64,000 nt of DNA from an uncultured delta proteobacterium (GTDB lineage: Bacteria; Desulfobacterota; Binatia; UBA9968): assembly GCA_963728565.1 (NCBI GenBank), contig CAVSLC010000004.1:1-64000 (forward strand). Direction: 5' to 3'. The notes beneath the pieces are model-generated. The model worked only from the letters and a program-made list of their open reading frames with translations, did no database searches and was not told where the DNA came from. This document shows positions 31,826 to 41,736 of this stretch, piece after piece. The translations under genes and the position numbers were made by a program. Numbering within the stretch: position 1 is the first letter of the stretch; each line of letters begins with the position of its first letter.

Positions 31826-33859
31826 TCAGCTCCAGTAACGCAACTTGATGATGATGGCGAGCACCACTGCGATGAGAATTCCATAGAGATAACTATTGAT
31901 GTTACCTGTTTGAACTCTGCGGAATTTATTGCCCGCCCAGAAGGTGAAATTGGCTACGGCATTGACCAAAGCATCGACGATATAATTATCGAATAGCCCG
32001 TTCAGCCACGAGACAAAACGAGTCAAGCTCGCCGTGCCGTTGACGATCCCATCCACCACATACTTATCAAAGGCGGAAAAGAGCTGCGCGAGCAGCAAGG
32101 TGCCGTTGACGAAAACGGCCTGGTAGATTTCGTCCAAGTACCATTTGTTATGGAACAAACGATAGAAGGCTCCACCGGCAAGAGCCGCGAAGCGATCGGG
32201 TGAAAGCGCGCCGCGGTAGTACATCAGATAACCGAGCAATGCTCCGGTAGCAGCAACCGCAATAGAGATCCCCATCAAGCCCAGTTCGAGCGCGTGCGAG
32301 CCATGATGATCACCATGCGCAATCACCGGTTCGAGCCACTCGGCAAATTGGCTGCCGCCAAAGACCGCGGGCAAGCCGATCCAGCCAGCTAACAACGCGC
32401 CGCCGGCTAAAATGACCAGTGGCAGGGTCATTACGTTGGGCGACTCATGCAGATGTTCCTGGGTGTGATGATCGGCCCGGCACTCGCCAAAGAAGACCAT
32501 AAAAAGTTGGCGAAACATATAAAAAGCCGTCATGCCGGCGCCGAGGACCGCTAAGGCCCATATCACCGGATGGTGGTTCGAGAAGGCCAGCCAAAGAATT
32601 TCGTCTTTAGAGAAAAATCCAGCGGTTCCCGGTGTCCCCGATATTGCCAATACTGAAATCAAGAAAGTGAAAAACGTTAGCGGCATGTAATTTTTGAGGC
32701 CGCCCATCTTGCGCATGTCTTGTTCGTGATGCATGGCGTGAATGACACTGCCGGCGCCGAGAAACAAGCAAGCTTTGAAGAATGCATGAGTCATCAAATG
32801 GAATACCGCGGCAGCATAGCCACCAACACCGATTCCGATGAACATGTATCCCAGCTGGCTTACCGTGGAATAAGCCAGTACTTTCTTGATGTCGTTTTGG
32901 GTCAGTGCAATTGTCGCTGCTAAAAGAGCCGTCATCACGCCGATTACCGCAATGAGCTGCAAAGTAAAAGGCGCCATGGAGAAAAAGACATTCAGCCGGG
33001 CAGTCATGTAAACGCCGGCAGTGACCATCGTGGCGGCATGGATCAAGGCGCTGACTGGAGTTGGCCCGGCCATGGCATCGGGAAGCCAAACGTAAAGCGG
33101 TATCTGCGCGGACTTACCTGCAGCTCCGACGAATAAGAAGAGGGTTGCGACCGTTGCGACGCTGAAACCCCAGATCGTCTGTCCTTCCAGGCTCGATGCC
33201 CAGCTTGCCATTTCGCGGAAAGTCAGGGTCCCATGGCCTTGAGCATCGAGAGTCCAGAATAGCAAAAACATTCCGAGGACAAAGCCAAAGTCGCCGACCC
33301 GGTTGACGATGAACGCCTTATTTCCAGCCCGGGCATTGGCGTGATCTTGGTACCAAAAACCGATCAATGCATAGGAGCACAAGCCCACGCCCTCCCAACC
33401 GACAAACATGAGCAACAAACTGTCGCCAAGCACCAAAGTCAGCATCGCGGCAGTAAACAGATTTAGATAGGCGAAGAAACGCCAAAAACCTTCATCGTCG
33501 TGCATGTAACCGGTGGCGTAGATGTGAATCAATCCGCCGATGCCGGTCACAATCAGAATCATCACCGCGGAAAGTGGATCCACCAAAAAAGCCATATCCA
33601 CTTTGAGCGAGCCGAGATCGATCCATCTGTAAAGATTATCGATCAGAGACCGCTGCTCGGGAGGAAGCGCCTTGAGTTGAACAAAAGCCATCACCGATAG
33701 CGCGAAGGCGATGATCACGGGCGCACAAGCGATGACCGCGATTGCGCTCTTGCCCATTCGCTTTTGGATCTTGAAACCCAACAGACCATTGATGATCGCG
33801 CCAATCAAAGGCAGGAATATAATCCAACGCAGGAAATCAGTCTGTATGGGTTGATCCAT
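31826..33859 (-). CDS. nuoL: NADH-quinone oxidoreductase subunit L
   Basis: GWEGVG, GKSAQIPL.VWLPDAMAGPTPVSALIHAATMV, HAFFKA. Confidence 0.97.
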   Translation of the reverse strand: MDQPIQTDFLRWIIFLPLIGAIINGLLGFKIQKRMGKSAIAVIACAPVIIAFALSVMAFVQLKALPPEQRSLIDNLYRWIDLGSLKVDMAFLVDPLSAVMILIVTGIGGLIHIYATGYMHDDEGFWRFFAYLNLFTAAMLTLVLGDSLLLMFVGWEGVGLCSYALIGFWYQDHANARAGNKAFIVNRVGDFGFVLGMFLLFWTLDAQGHGTLTFREMASWASSLEGQTIWGFSVATVATLFLFVGAAGKSAQIPLYVWLPDAMAGPTPVSALIHAATMVTAGVYMTARLNVFFSMAPFTLQLIAVIGVMTALLAATIALTQNDIKKVLAYSTVSQLGYMFIGIGVGGYAAAVFHLMTHAFFKACLFLGAGSVIHAMHHEQDMRKMGGLKNYMPLTFFTFLISVLAISGTPGTAGFFSKDEILWLAFSNHHPVIWALAVLGAGMTAFYMFRQLFMVFFGECRADHHTQEHLHESPNVMTLPLVILAGGALLAGWIGLPAVFGGSQFAEWLEPVIAHGDHHGSHALELGLMGISIAVAATGALLGYLMYYRGALSPDRFAALAGGAFYRLFHNKWYLDEIYQAVFVNGTLLLAQLFSAFDKYVVDGIVNGTASLTRFVSWLNGLFDNYIVDALVNAVANFTFWAGNKFRRVQTGNINSYLYGILIAVVLAIIIKLRYWS

Positions 33860-33887
33860 GGAGCTCTTCTATCCTACAACATGCACG

Positions 33888-34205
33888 CTATTCTTTGAGA
33901 GTTTGCGCGGCTTCGACATCGATCGTGTGGAAAAGCTGGAAGATCGCCAAGACGATGGCTAAGCCAACCGCGGCTTCGGCCGCGGCAAGCATGATCACGA
34001 ACATGGCATAGATTTGGCCATCCAGATTTCCGCTGCCGAAATGAGAAAAAGCAACGTAGTTGATGTTGGCGCTATTGAGAATCAACTCGACACCCATCAA
34101 AACACTGATTGCATTGCGCCGCGTAAGAACACAGAGCAGGCCTAATGAGAAGAGAAGCGCGCCGATGATAAGGTAGGAGGTCAGCTCGTTGGGTGAAAAG
34201 ACCAT
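33888..34205 (-). CDS. nuoK: NADH-quinone oxidoreductase subunit K
   Basis: RRN..LMGVELILN, AAAEAAVGLA. Confidence 0.96.
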   Translation of the reverse strand: MVFSPNELTSYLIIGALLFSLGLLCVLTRRNAISVLMGVELILNSANINYVAFSHFGSGNLDGQIYAMFVIMLAAAEAAVGLAIVLAIFQLFHTIDVEAAQTLKE

Positions 34206-34207
34206 GG

Positions 34208-34708
34208 CTATTCTTTGATCTCCTTGCGGGAAAGAACCACCGCGCCGATCATCGCGGCGAGCAGCACCAAAGAAGCCAGTTCAAAAGGCAGCAAATAGTT
34301 CTCCAGGAATAGGTCACCAATTTTGGCCGTGGTCGGTTGATGGGCAACTTCCTTTACCCTCACCCAAGGAGTCTCGCGAATGGTTTGGATTAAAATAACC
34401 AAGAAGACGCCGACGATCAGCAAACCGGGAACTCGGCCGGCGGCGCGGTTCGTGATCTCGACGTCGGTAATGCGATGCGTCAGCATCACCGCAAACAGGA
34501 TGAGGACTAAGATCCCGCCGACATAGATAAGGACCTGCACGCCTGCGACGAAATCGGCGCCAAGAAAAACATACAGGCCGGCAACTCCGGCAAAAGTTCC
34601 AAGCAGCGAAAAGGCGGAATAAATAATGTTTCGTGAAAACGCCACCACTGCGGCGGAACCCACGGTAATGATCGCGATCAGATAAAAAACCGCCGTTGAG
34701 ATATCCAT
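34208..34708 (-). CDS. nuoJ: NADH-quinone oxidoreductase subunit J
   Basis: QVLIYVGGILVLILFAVML, YLLPFELAS. Confidence 0.96.
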   Translation of the reverse strand: MDISTAVFYLIAIITVGSAAVVAFSRNIIYSAFSLLGTFAGVAGLYVFLGADFVAGVQVLIYVGGILVLILFAVMLTHRITDVEITNRAAGRVPGLLIVGVFLVILIQTIRETPWVRVKEVAHQPTTAKIGDLFLENYLLPFELASLVLLAAMIGAVVLSRKEIKE

Positions 34709-34821
34709 GCTTGGTTAAATTTAGGAACGACAGGCAGAAGGCTTCTGGCTGAAATACAGGAAGATTGATTTGGTATCAAGGGGTATCGGGCAATCGACCA
34801 GCCTCCGCCCCGCGTCAACAA

Positions 34822-35379
34822 CTATTTGTCATCTGCCGCGGCTCCGCCATCGGGCGTGGCAAATTCATCTAAATACTTTTGTCCGATGTCCACTTTCACA
34901 ACCAGCGTAGGATCCGTTTCCCCGCCCTTCTTGGGCTTGTAAAGCGACGAGGGCTCGGGCGCGAAGTGACGCACCAGTCCGGCGGGATTATAACTGGCTC
35001 CTTCGAATTCCTGCGAGTGACGGATCGACCCGGTCGGACAAACTTCCGAGCACAGGCCGCAATACATGCACTTGCAAATGTCGATGTCGAAGTGCGTGAA
35101 CTGGCGCTGCTTGGTCTCCTTGTTCATGTCAATGCCGATGGTGATACAGGTGATCGGACAGACGCGTTCGCAAGCCAAGCAGCCGGTGCAAATATCGAGA
35201 TCGACTTCAAGAATTCCACGGTAGCGGCGCGGCAAGGTCTCCTGAATTGGTACCGGGATCTTATCCGGGTACTGGATCGTCATCGGACGTCGCACCAAGT
35301 GTGAGAAGGTGATTGACAGTCCTTCGAAAACGGACTTTACCGTGTCCTTGATGTCCCTTACATAACTGACAACTCCCAT
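34822..35379 (-). CDS. nuoI: NADH-quinone oxidoreductase subunit I (2x4Fe-4S)
   Basis: TIQYP, CTGCLACERVCP and CMYCGLCSEVCP. Confidence 0.95.
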   Translation of the reverse strand: MGVVSYVRDIKDTVKSVFEGLSITFSHLVRRPMTIQYPDKIPVPIQETLPRRYRGILEVDLDICTGCLACERVCPITCITIGIDMNKETKQRQFTHFDIDICKCMYCGLCSEVCPTGSIRHSQEFEGASYNPAGLVRHFAPEPSSLYKPKKGGETDPTLVVKVDIGQKYLDEFATPDGGAAADDK

Positions 35380-35389
35380 AACCCCCCAA

Positions 35390-36586
35390 TTAAATGTGCG
35401 GCTTGAAATAAAGCTCCGGCTTGGCCTGGCGGATTTGGAAGCTTACCCGGAGTAAGAAAATGATGATGATCGCGACGCCCAGTCCAAACATGGCAGCGCT
35501 GATGATCCGTTGCAGATTAGCAGGCACAAACATGAATGCGACCGTTCCAAGTAGACAGATGAAGGAGAGCGGAACCATGTACTTCCAGCACATCGACATC
35601 AATTGATCCACGCGCACCCGCGGTAGGGTCGCCCGGATCCACATCGCAACAAACACCCACAGATACGCCTTAAGAAAAAACGTGGTGAACTGGGCCACGG
35701 CCAAGAGTACAGGGCTATTCTCAAAGATTCCCAGTGGCGGGACCTGCCACCCACCTAAAAACAGGGTCGTGGCCACCGCGCCGATTACATAAAGATTGCC
35801 CCATTCCGCGAAAAAGAAGAAAAGGAAGCGCATGCCGCTGTACTCGGTGACGTATCCCGCCACCAGTTCCGATTCGGCTTCCGGTATATCGAAAGGGGTG
35901 CGGTTGCCTTCAGCTAAAGCCGCAGTGAAGTAAAGAAAGAATCCAGCGAAAGTAAATGGATTATGAAACAGATACCAGTCCCATGGTGCCCAGCCTTGTC
36001 CTTGTATGATACCCTGCATACTCAGCGTGCCGGCCAAAAACACAATCATCAGCACCGACAGTCCGGCAGGAATTTCATAGCTGACGATTTGCGCTGCGGA
36101 GCGCATCCCGCCAAGCAGAGACCATTTATTATTGGAGGCCCAACCCGCCATCAGTATGCCGACAACCACGAGCGAAGTCACAGCCAAAAGATAGAGAATC
36201 CCGATGTTTAAATCCGCAACGATAAGTTGCCCGCCGAATGGAATGACCACGAAACTGCAAAGAAATCCCATGAAGACGATGTAAGGCGCAAGCGAAAAAA
36301 GCTTCGAGTCGGCCGCTGTCGGAATGATATCTTCTTTCAAAAGATTTTTGATGCCGTCGGCCAACCACTGGAGTATTCCCTGCGGCCCTACACGGTTTGG
36401 TCCGACACGGGACTGCATCCTGGCCCAGACTCGCCGTTCCAGCCAGCTGGTCACTCCCGCTAGCGGCGCTACGAAAACCGACAAAACTACAAACGCTGCC
36501 AGCAGCATGGCGATGGTGTAAACCACCTCCTTGGGGATTCCGGCAAAAGCGCCGTCGCGCATCAATTGGTCAAGGTAAGCTTGCAT
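35390..36586 (-). CDS. nuoH: NADH-quinone oxidoreductase subunit H
   Basis: RVGPNRVGP.G, AQIVSYE, NRTPFDIPEAESELVAG. Confidence 0.97.
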   Translation of the reverse strand: MQAYLDQLMRDGAFAGIPKEVVYTIAMLLAAFVVLSVFVAPLAGVTSWLERRVWARMQSRVGPNRVGPQGILQWLADGIKNLLKEDIIPTAADSKLFSLAPYIVFMGFLCSFVVIPFGGQLIVADLNIGILYLLAVTSLVVVGILMAGWASNNKWSLLGGMRSAAQIVSYEIPAGLSVLMIVFLAGTLSMQGIIQGQGWAPWDWYLFHNPFTFAGFFLYFTAALAEGNRTPFDIPEAESELVAGYVTEYSGMRFLFFFFAEWGNLYVIGAVATTLFLGGWQVPPLGIFENSPVLLAVAQFTTFFLKAYLWVFVAMWIRATLPRVRVDQLMSMCWKYMVPLSFICLLGTVAFMFVPANLQRIISAAMFGLGVAIIIIFLLRVSFQIRQAKPELYFKPHI

Positions 36587-36603
36587 GATCTTCGAATTTA
36601 GAT

Positions 36604-37746
36604 TTAGCGGTCGATTTCCGGCGCGTCCACGTCAAGACTGCCAATCAAGACGATCAAATCGGCCAACATAATCCCCTTGCTCAACTTATCGATGATACTC
36701 ATCGCGGTGTAAGAGCCGGTCCGAATCCGCACCCGATAGGGATATTCGCTGCCATCGCTGATGACATAAAAGCCCATATCGCCGCGGGGCGCTTCAACGC
36801 GCACATAGCACTCGCCCGCTGCTGGCCTAAATTTCCGCGGCACTTTCGAAATTGCCGGCCCGGGGGGAAGCATCTTCAGACATTGCCGGACGATTTTGCA
36901 GCTCTCCTGCAGTTCGCGGATACGGACCCAGTAACGATCAAAGCTATCTCCCAAAATGCCGATATGACCTGTGCCTACTGGAACATCGAATTCCAGTTCC
37001 GGGTAAACGGAATAGGGAATGTCACGGCGGATGTCCCACTTCAATCCGGAGCCCCGTAGATTCGGACCAACCAGATTGTATTGCAGCGCGTCTTCCTTCG
37101 AGACTACGGATACACCGGCCAATCGCTCGATAAAGATTTTGTTTTCCGAAAGCAGGCGATTGAACTCTTCGACAATCGGCTCGAAGTGGTCGAGAAACTC
37201 AGCAATACGCCCGCAGGTTTCCGGTAAAATATCGTACCCGACACCGCCAATGCGGATGTAATTATAGGTAAGCCGAGCGCCGCAGATCTCCTCCATCAAG
37301 TTATTGATGGTTTCGCGCTCGCGCAGCGCGTGAACAAACGGTGTCATCGCGCCGATGTCCTGCCCGAAAGTTCCGACCGAAATCAGATGGCTGGCTAGGC
37401 GATTGAGCTCGCATGCAATCACCCGGCAGAACTCTCCCCGTCGAGTGACCGGCGTTCCTGAAAGTTTTTCCGCCGCCATGCAGAAAACCTGATTGGCAAA
37501 CATGGCCGCCAAGTAGTCGGCGCGGTCCGTATAAGGCACGTAGCCGTGCCAGGTTACTTTCTCGCCTATTTTTTCAATAGAACGGTGCAAATAACCCACA
37601 TCTGGAATCGCTTCACCGATGACTTCGCCGTCGGTTTTCACCACGAAACGCAAGACCCCGTGCGTGCTCGGGTGTTGCGGGCCGACGCTGATGGTCATGT
37701 CCTCGGTGTAAAGTCCGGTATCTTGGTTCTGAGCAATCTCGTTCAT
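36604..37746 (-). CDS. nuoD: NADH-quinone oxidoreductase subunit D
   Basis: GPQHPSTHGVLR, GYLHR..EK, EAPRG; no NiFe CxxC motifs. Confidence 0.96.
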   Translation of the reverse strand: MNEIAQNQDTGLYTEDMTISVGPQHPSTHGVLRFVVKTDGEVIGEAIPDVGYLHRSIEKIGEKVTWHGYVPYTDRADYLAAMFANQVFCMAAEKLSGTPVTRRGEFCRVIACELNRLASHLISVGTFGQDIGAMTPFVHALRERETINNLMEEICGARLTYNYIRIGGVGYDILPETCGRIAEFLDHFEPIVEEFNRLLSENKIFIERLAGVSVVSKEDALQYNLVGPNLRGSGLKWDIRRDIPYSVYPELEFDVPVGTGHIGILGDSFDRYWVRIRELQESCKIVRQCLKMLPPGPAISKVPRKFRPAAGECYVRVEAPRGDMGFYVISDGSEYPYRVRIRTGSYTAMSIIDKLSKGIMLADLIVLIGSLDVDAPEIDR

Positions 37747-37753
37747 CGAAATC

Positions 37754-38260
37754 CTATCGCAGCAGCTTTTCTACCAAGGGAGCGCGTTGCGTGCTGATGC
37801 CGTCGTATTCTTCCTGCTCGATATAGTCCTTGCGCAGGGGATATCCCTCCCAATCTTCAGGCAAGAGAATCCGGCGCAGATCGCTATGCCCTTCGAAGAT
37901 AACCCCAAACAGATCGAAAATCTCGCGCTCGAACCAATTGGCAACCTTCCAAATATTCTCAACAGTCGCTATTTTCGGATTATCTCGAGGCAAGTCGACT
38001 TTGAGGACAATTTGGTGCCTACCGCTGTAAGAATAAAGATGATAAACGAGCTGGATTTTCTCTTCCTTAGGCCAGTCCACTGCCGTTTGATCCGACAGCA
38101 CCTCAAACTTCAGGTCAGCGTCATCACGTAGAAAGCGGCAAACTTCGACGATTTCTTCGGCGCCGACGAATAGATAAGGCTCCGGAACATCGGCCTTGAA
38201 GCCGCTGACTTTTCCCGAAAATTGTTTTTCGAGCCGCGAAAAAATTTCAGCGGGTTGCAT
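37754..38260 (-). CDS. nuoC: NADH-quinone oxidoreductase subunit C
   Basis: ANWFEREIFDLFG..F.GH.DLRRIL...W.GYPLRKDY. Confidence 0.96.
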   Translation of the reverse strand: MQPAEIFSRLEKQFSGKVSGFKADVPEPYLFVGAEEIVEVCRFLRDDADLKFEVLSDQTAVDWPKEEKIQLVYHLYSYSGRHQIVLKVDLPRDNPKIATVENIWKVANWFEREIFDLFGVIFEGHSDLRRILLPEDWEGYPLRKDYIEQEEYDGISTQRAPLVEKLLR

Positions 38261-38262
38261 AC

Positions 38263-38775
38263 TTAGACCTGAGCCGCGGGCTCCGGCTCACTGTTTGACT
38301 TCACCAGCCAGCGCTCACGCATCATCTTGTCTTGAATCCGCAACAAACCTTCGGTCAGCGCCTCTGGGCGCGGCGGGCATCCCGGCACATAGACATCGAC
38401 AGGAACGATCTTATCGACACCTTTGCACACCGAGTAGGCTAGCTGGAAAAGGCCGCCACAGTTTGAGCAGCTACCCATCGAAATAACATATTTTGGATCC
38501 GGCATCTGATCGTAAAGAAGTTTGGTCCGCTTCGCCATTTTATACGTCAGTGTTCCGGCAACGATCATCAGATCGGATTGCCTTGGAGTCGCCCGGGGAA
38601 CGGCGCCGAACCGATCCAAATCAGCCCTCGGCCCGCCGGTTTGCATCAATTCGATGGCGCAACACGCCAAGCCGAATAGCATATACCACTGTGAAGATGC
38701 CCGCCCCCAGTTAAGTAGGTCATCCACTTTGGTGGTAAAAACCGTTTCCGGCAATGAATTAATTAGTGGTTTCAT
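38263..38775 (-). CDS. nuoB: NADH-quinone oxidoreductase subunit B
   Basis: [27 protein letters not shown]. Confidence 0.97.
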   Translation of the reverse strand: MKPLINSLPETVFTTKVDDLLNWGRASSQWYMLFGLACCAIELMQTGGPRADLDRFGAVPRATPRQSDLMIVAGTLTYKMAKRTKLLYDQMPDPKYVISMGSCSNCGGLFQLAYSVCKGVDKIVPVDVYVPGCPPRPEALTEGLLRIQDKMMRERWLVKSNSEPEPAAQV

Positions 38776-38796
38776 CGAACCCTCCGAAGATCGGCG

Positions 38797-39183
38797 CTAT
38801 GCCCTAACCTTCTTGATCCAGTCGAGATCACCTTTAACCCAGGAATAAATCAGACCCAGGAATAAGATTCCGACAAATATGAATATTTTGATAAACGCGA
38901 ATAGTCCCTCGCCGCTTTCGATAAGATTCCGAAAGACGACGGCAACGGGGAAAATAAAGGCAATTTCCACCTCAAAGATAATAAAGATGAGTGCCACGAG
39001 ATAAAAACGAATATTGAAATTGACCCAGGCACTCCCCGTGGAGGGCTCGCCACACTCATAGGTCGACAGTTTACGAGCCTGAGGATTTGCCGGCCGAAGC
39101 AGACGCCCGATCAACAGGTTCACCCCGACGAATCCAAGCCCTAATGCCGTAAACACCAGGACATTAGCAAAATCAAAAAGCAT
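38797..39183 (-). CDS. nuoA: NADH-quinone oxidoreductase subunit A
   Basis: [28 protein letters not shown]. Confidence 0.96.
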   Translation of the reverse strand: MLFDFANVLVFTALGLGFVGVNLLIGRLLRPANPQARKLSTYECGEPSTGSAWVNFNIRFYLVALIFIIFEVEIAFIFPVAVVFRNLIESGEGLFAFIKIFIFVGILFLGLIYSWVKGDLDWIKKVRA

Positions 39184-39393
39184 TAAGGTTTCTGCAGTAA
39201 ATACTTAAAGATAGGTCAACATTTCCTTATAACCATAAAAGCCATTGAGAATCAACCTTCGAGAACGCCGGTCCACCCTCATGTATTTGCCATTGCTAGC
39301 TTTTTTGAATAGAGTCGTGCCGATCGCCAGCTCAATAGCTTCATACGATACAAACATTCCACCCAGCGAAGGCAGACCGTGCCAATACCTTCC

Positions 39394-40359
39394 ATGAAAC
39401 CTACCATCAGCTGGCACATCAGCGTAATCGTCCTGCTCGCTTTTCTGATGTTCGGGACCAGGGAGTCGCGAAGTCAAACTAAACCCGCTCCTGTGCGTGT
39501 TGCCTACAGCGCGCTATCAGCCGGGATTGGGGTCCTCTGGCTCACCCACGAGCAAGGGATTTTCCGCAAGCATGGCTTGGAATCGAATCTGGTATATATG
39601 CGCAGCGGCACTACTGCGGCACAAGCATTATTAGCGGGTGAGATCCAGTTTGGCCATCTTTCACCGGCGCCCATGCTGACGGCGTGGGCCCAGGGCGCCG
39701 ATATCGCTTGGGTGGGAACGACCATCCATCAAATGGTCTTTACCCTAATCACGGATGCAACCATCACCAAAGCAGCTGATCTCAAGGGAAAGAAAATCGG
39801 CATTACTCGCATCGGTTCGGCAAGTGATCTCGCCTTGCGCACTGCTCTGGAACATCTTGGGCTGGGCATCAAAGATGTTGCCGTGATCTCGATGGGAGGT
39901 ATCCCGGATATTCTTGCCGGGATGAGAGCCGGAGCCATAAATGGAGGAATTCTATCCCCGCCCACTTCAACGGCTGCCCGCGAGTTGAGCTATCGCCCGC
40001 TTGTTCACATCCCCGATCTGGGCAAGGAATTTACTTTTTCAGGCATCGCAGCAAAAAAGACTTTTATTCAAGGCCAACCCAATGTCGTCAGAGGCTTTAT
40101 GGCAGCACTTACCGACGGCGCGAAAATCTACAAAGAAGACAACCGTGCCGCCGTCAGGGTTTTACGAAAATACCTGCGCGCCGAAGACCGGACACTCGAA
40201 GAGGGCTACAAGGAATACGACGCAGCCATTTCCAGTCCGCCCTATCCGGGTCTTAAAGCGTTGGAAGCTGTGCGCGACAGCTTGGTCGATTCGGCGCCGC
40301 AACTCAAAAAATTTGATTTGAAAATGTTCATCGACGATGGCTTCGTAATGCCGCGTTGA
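39394..40359 (+). CDS. NitT/TauT (SsuA/THI5-like) ABC substrate-binding protein
   Basis: Signal peptide, GIFRKHGL, DLKGKKIGITRIGS. Confidence 0.88.
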   Translation: MKPTISWHISVIVLLAFLMFGTRESRSQTKPAPVRVAYSALSAGIGVLWLTHEQGIFRKHGLESNLVYMRSGTTAAQALLAGEIQFGHLSPAPMLTAWAQGADIAWVGTTIHQMVFTLITDATITKAADLKGKKIGITRIGSASDLALRTALEHLGLGIKDVAVISMGGIPDILAGMRAGAINGGILSPPTSTAARELSYRPLVHIPDLGKEFTFSGIAAKKTFIQGQPNVVRGFMAALTDGAKIYKEDNRAAVRVLRKYLRAEDRTLEEGYKEYDAAISSPPYPGLKALEAVRDSLVDSAPQLKKFDLKMFIDDGFVMPR

Positions 40360-40448
40360 ACAGCTGCGCAAGCAAGTCCGGCCAACCGAGAGAATCGGGA
40401 CCGTTGTATATTCATTTTGGACTTTTCTTGCCGCCTCGGGAGGGCCAC

Positions 40449-41660
40449 ATGAGAATCGAAACAGAACGAAAAATGAAACGCTGGCGCGACCAGCGCTGGA
40501 TATTGGATCAGGTCATCCAAGCACGGGGGATCGACTGGGATCAGGGACGGACAGGTAAAATTCTACGTAACTGCGGCCCAGGGGTTCAAAGCGATCTTCA
40601 AGAAGTTTGCCGAAGAATCCAGAAGTTCGTTGACATCTCGCGCGAATTCGCGCGCGCCGCAACCCGCCGGGAACAGCAAGCACGTGAAGCCGAAGCCGCA
40701 GGACACTTGCCGGAAGCGCGCGAACATTTCTATATTGCGGCGTGCTTCTACACCAATGCGATGTGGGCGGTGTATGAAGACAGAAATGCCCAACGAATTA
40801 ACTGGCAAGAGAAAAAACGCGCCTGTTATGACAAATTCATTCGCTACGCCGGCCGTCCCATCGAGCGGGTAGAACTTCCCTGGCAAGGCAAACTCATCCA
40901 TGCGCTCCTGCACCTGCCTTCCGGCACCAAAGCTGGCGAGAAAGTGCCGTGCGTCATGTACATCCCGGGAATGGATGGTGTCAAAGAAGACAATCCCGCA
41001 ACCGGTGATCCGTTTCTCGAACGCGGCATCGCCGTCTTCGCCATTGATGGCCCGGGTCAGGGCGAGACGCGTGAAGGCGGGCTCACCTGTACTGCATCGA
41101 ATTACGCCGATGCCGGGAAGCTTGCATGTGATTACCTCGTGAAAAGGTCGGAAATCGACTCCGGCCGGCTTGCGATTCTGGCTTCGAGCATGGGCTCCTA
41201 CTGGGCGCCGCGAGTGGTGGCCGAAGAAAAACGTTTCAAAGCCTGCGCGGTGAGCGGCGTTTGCATGGAGCCGGGGCAGTACGCCATTTTCAACATGTCA
41301 TCACCGACATTCAAGCTTAACTATATGTACATGTCCGGGTATGACGACGAAGCTGCGTTCGATGAGTTTGCCAAGTCCCTGACTTTGAAAGGCGTTACAG
41401 CCAAGATAACCTGCCCGTATATGGTCGTTGCCGGCGAAGACGACGAGCATTGCGATATGAAGTTTGTCTATGAACTGATGGGTGAAATTCCCGCTGCAAA
41501 AGTTTTATACGTATTCCAAGGAGAGCGGCATTCGATCCGCAATCCCCGCGCACGATCCCTGTTGATCAATTGGCTGGTCGATCGGCTGCTGGATAAACCG
41601 TTTAAGTCGGAGAAAATCTTTGTCGATACCAGTGGCAAAGAGATCCATGCAGATTGGTAG
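40449..41660 (+). CDS. alpha/beta hydrolase (FrsA / 2,6-dihydroxypseudooxynicotine hydrolase-like)
   Basis: PGMDGVKE, IDGPGQGE, nucleophile elbow ASSMGS, Asp in AGEDD, His in GERH; GGAGG RBS before ATG 40449. Confidence 0.85.
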   Translation: MRIETERKMKRWRDQRWILDQVIQARGIDWDQGRTGKILRNCGPGVQSDLQEVCRRIQKFVDISREFARAATRREQQAREAEAAGHLPEAREHFYIAACFYTNAMWAVYEDRNAQRINWQEKKRACYDKFIRYAGRPIERVELPWQGKLIHALLHLPSGTKAGEKVPCVMYIPGMDGVKEDNPATGDPFLERGIAVFAIDGPGQGETREGGLTCTASNYADAGKLACDYLVKRSEIDSGRLAILASSMGSYWAPRVVAEEKRFKACAVSGVCMEPGQYAIFNMSSPTFKLNYMYMSGYDDEAAFDEFAKSLTLKGVTAKITCPYMVVAGEDDEHCDMKFVYELMGEIPAAKVLYVFQGERHSIRNPRARSLLINWLVDRLLDKPFKSEKIFVDTSGKEIHADW

Positions 41661-41736
41661 CCCGAAGCAGTCCTCATACCCATACGGCAATCTCCCATGC
41701 CATTAACACAGTGACCGGCTTATCTCAGGTAAATTG

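Noticed and set aside
36604-38775. nuoB/C/D as a group 4 NiFe-hydrogenase, given the nearby nickel gene larC
   Set aside because: The large subunit lacks both CxxC Ni-binding motifs and has the NuoD quinone-site motif GPQHPSTHG; LarC is unrelated to hydrogenase maturation.
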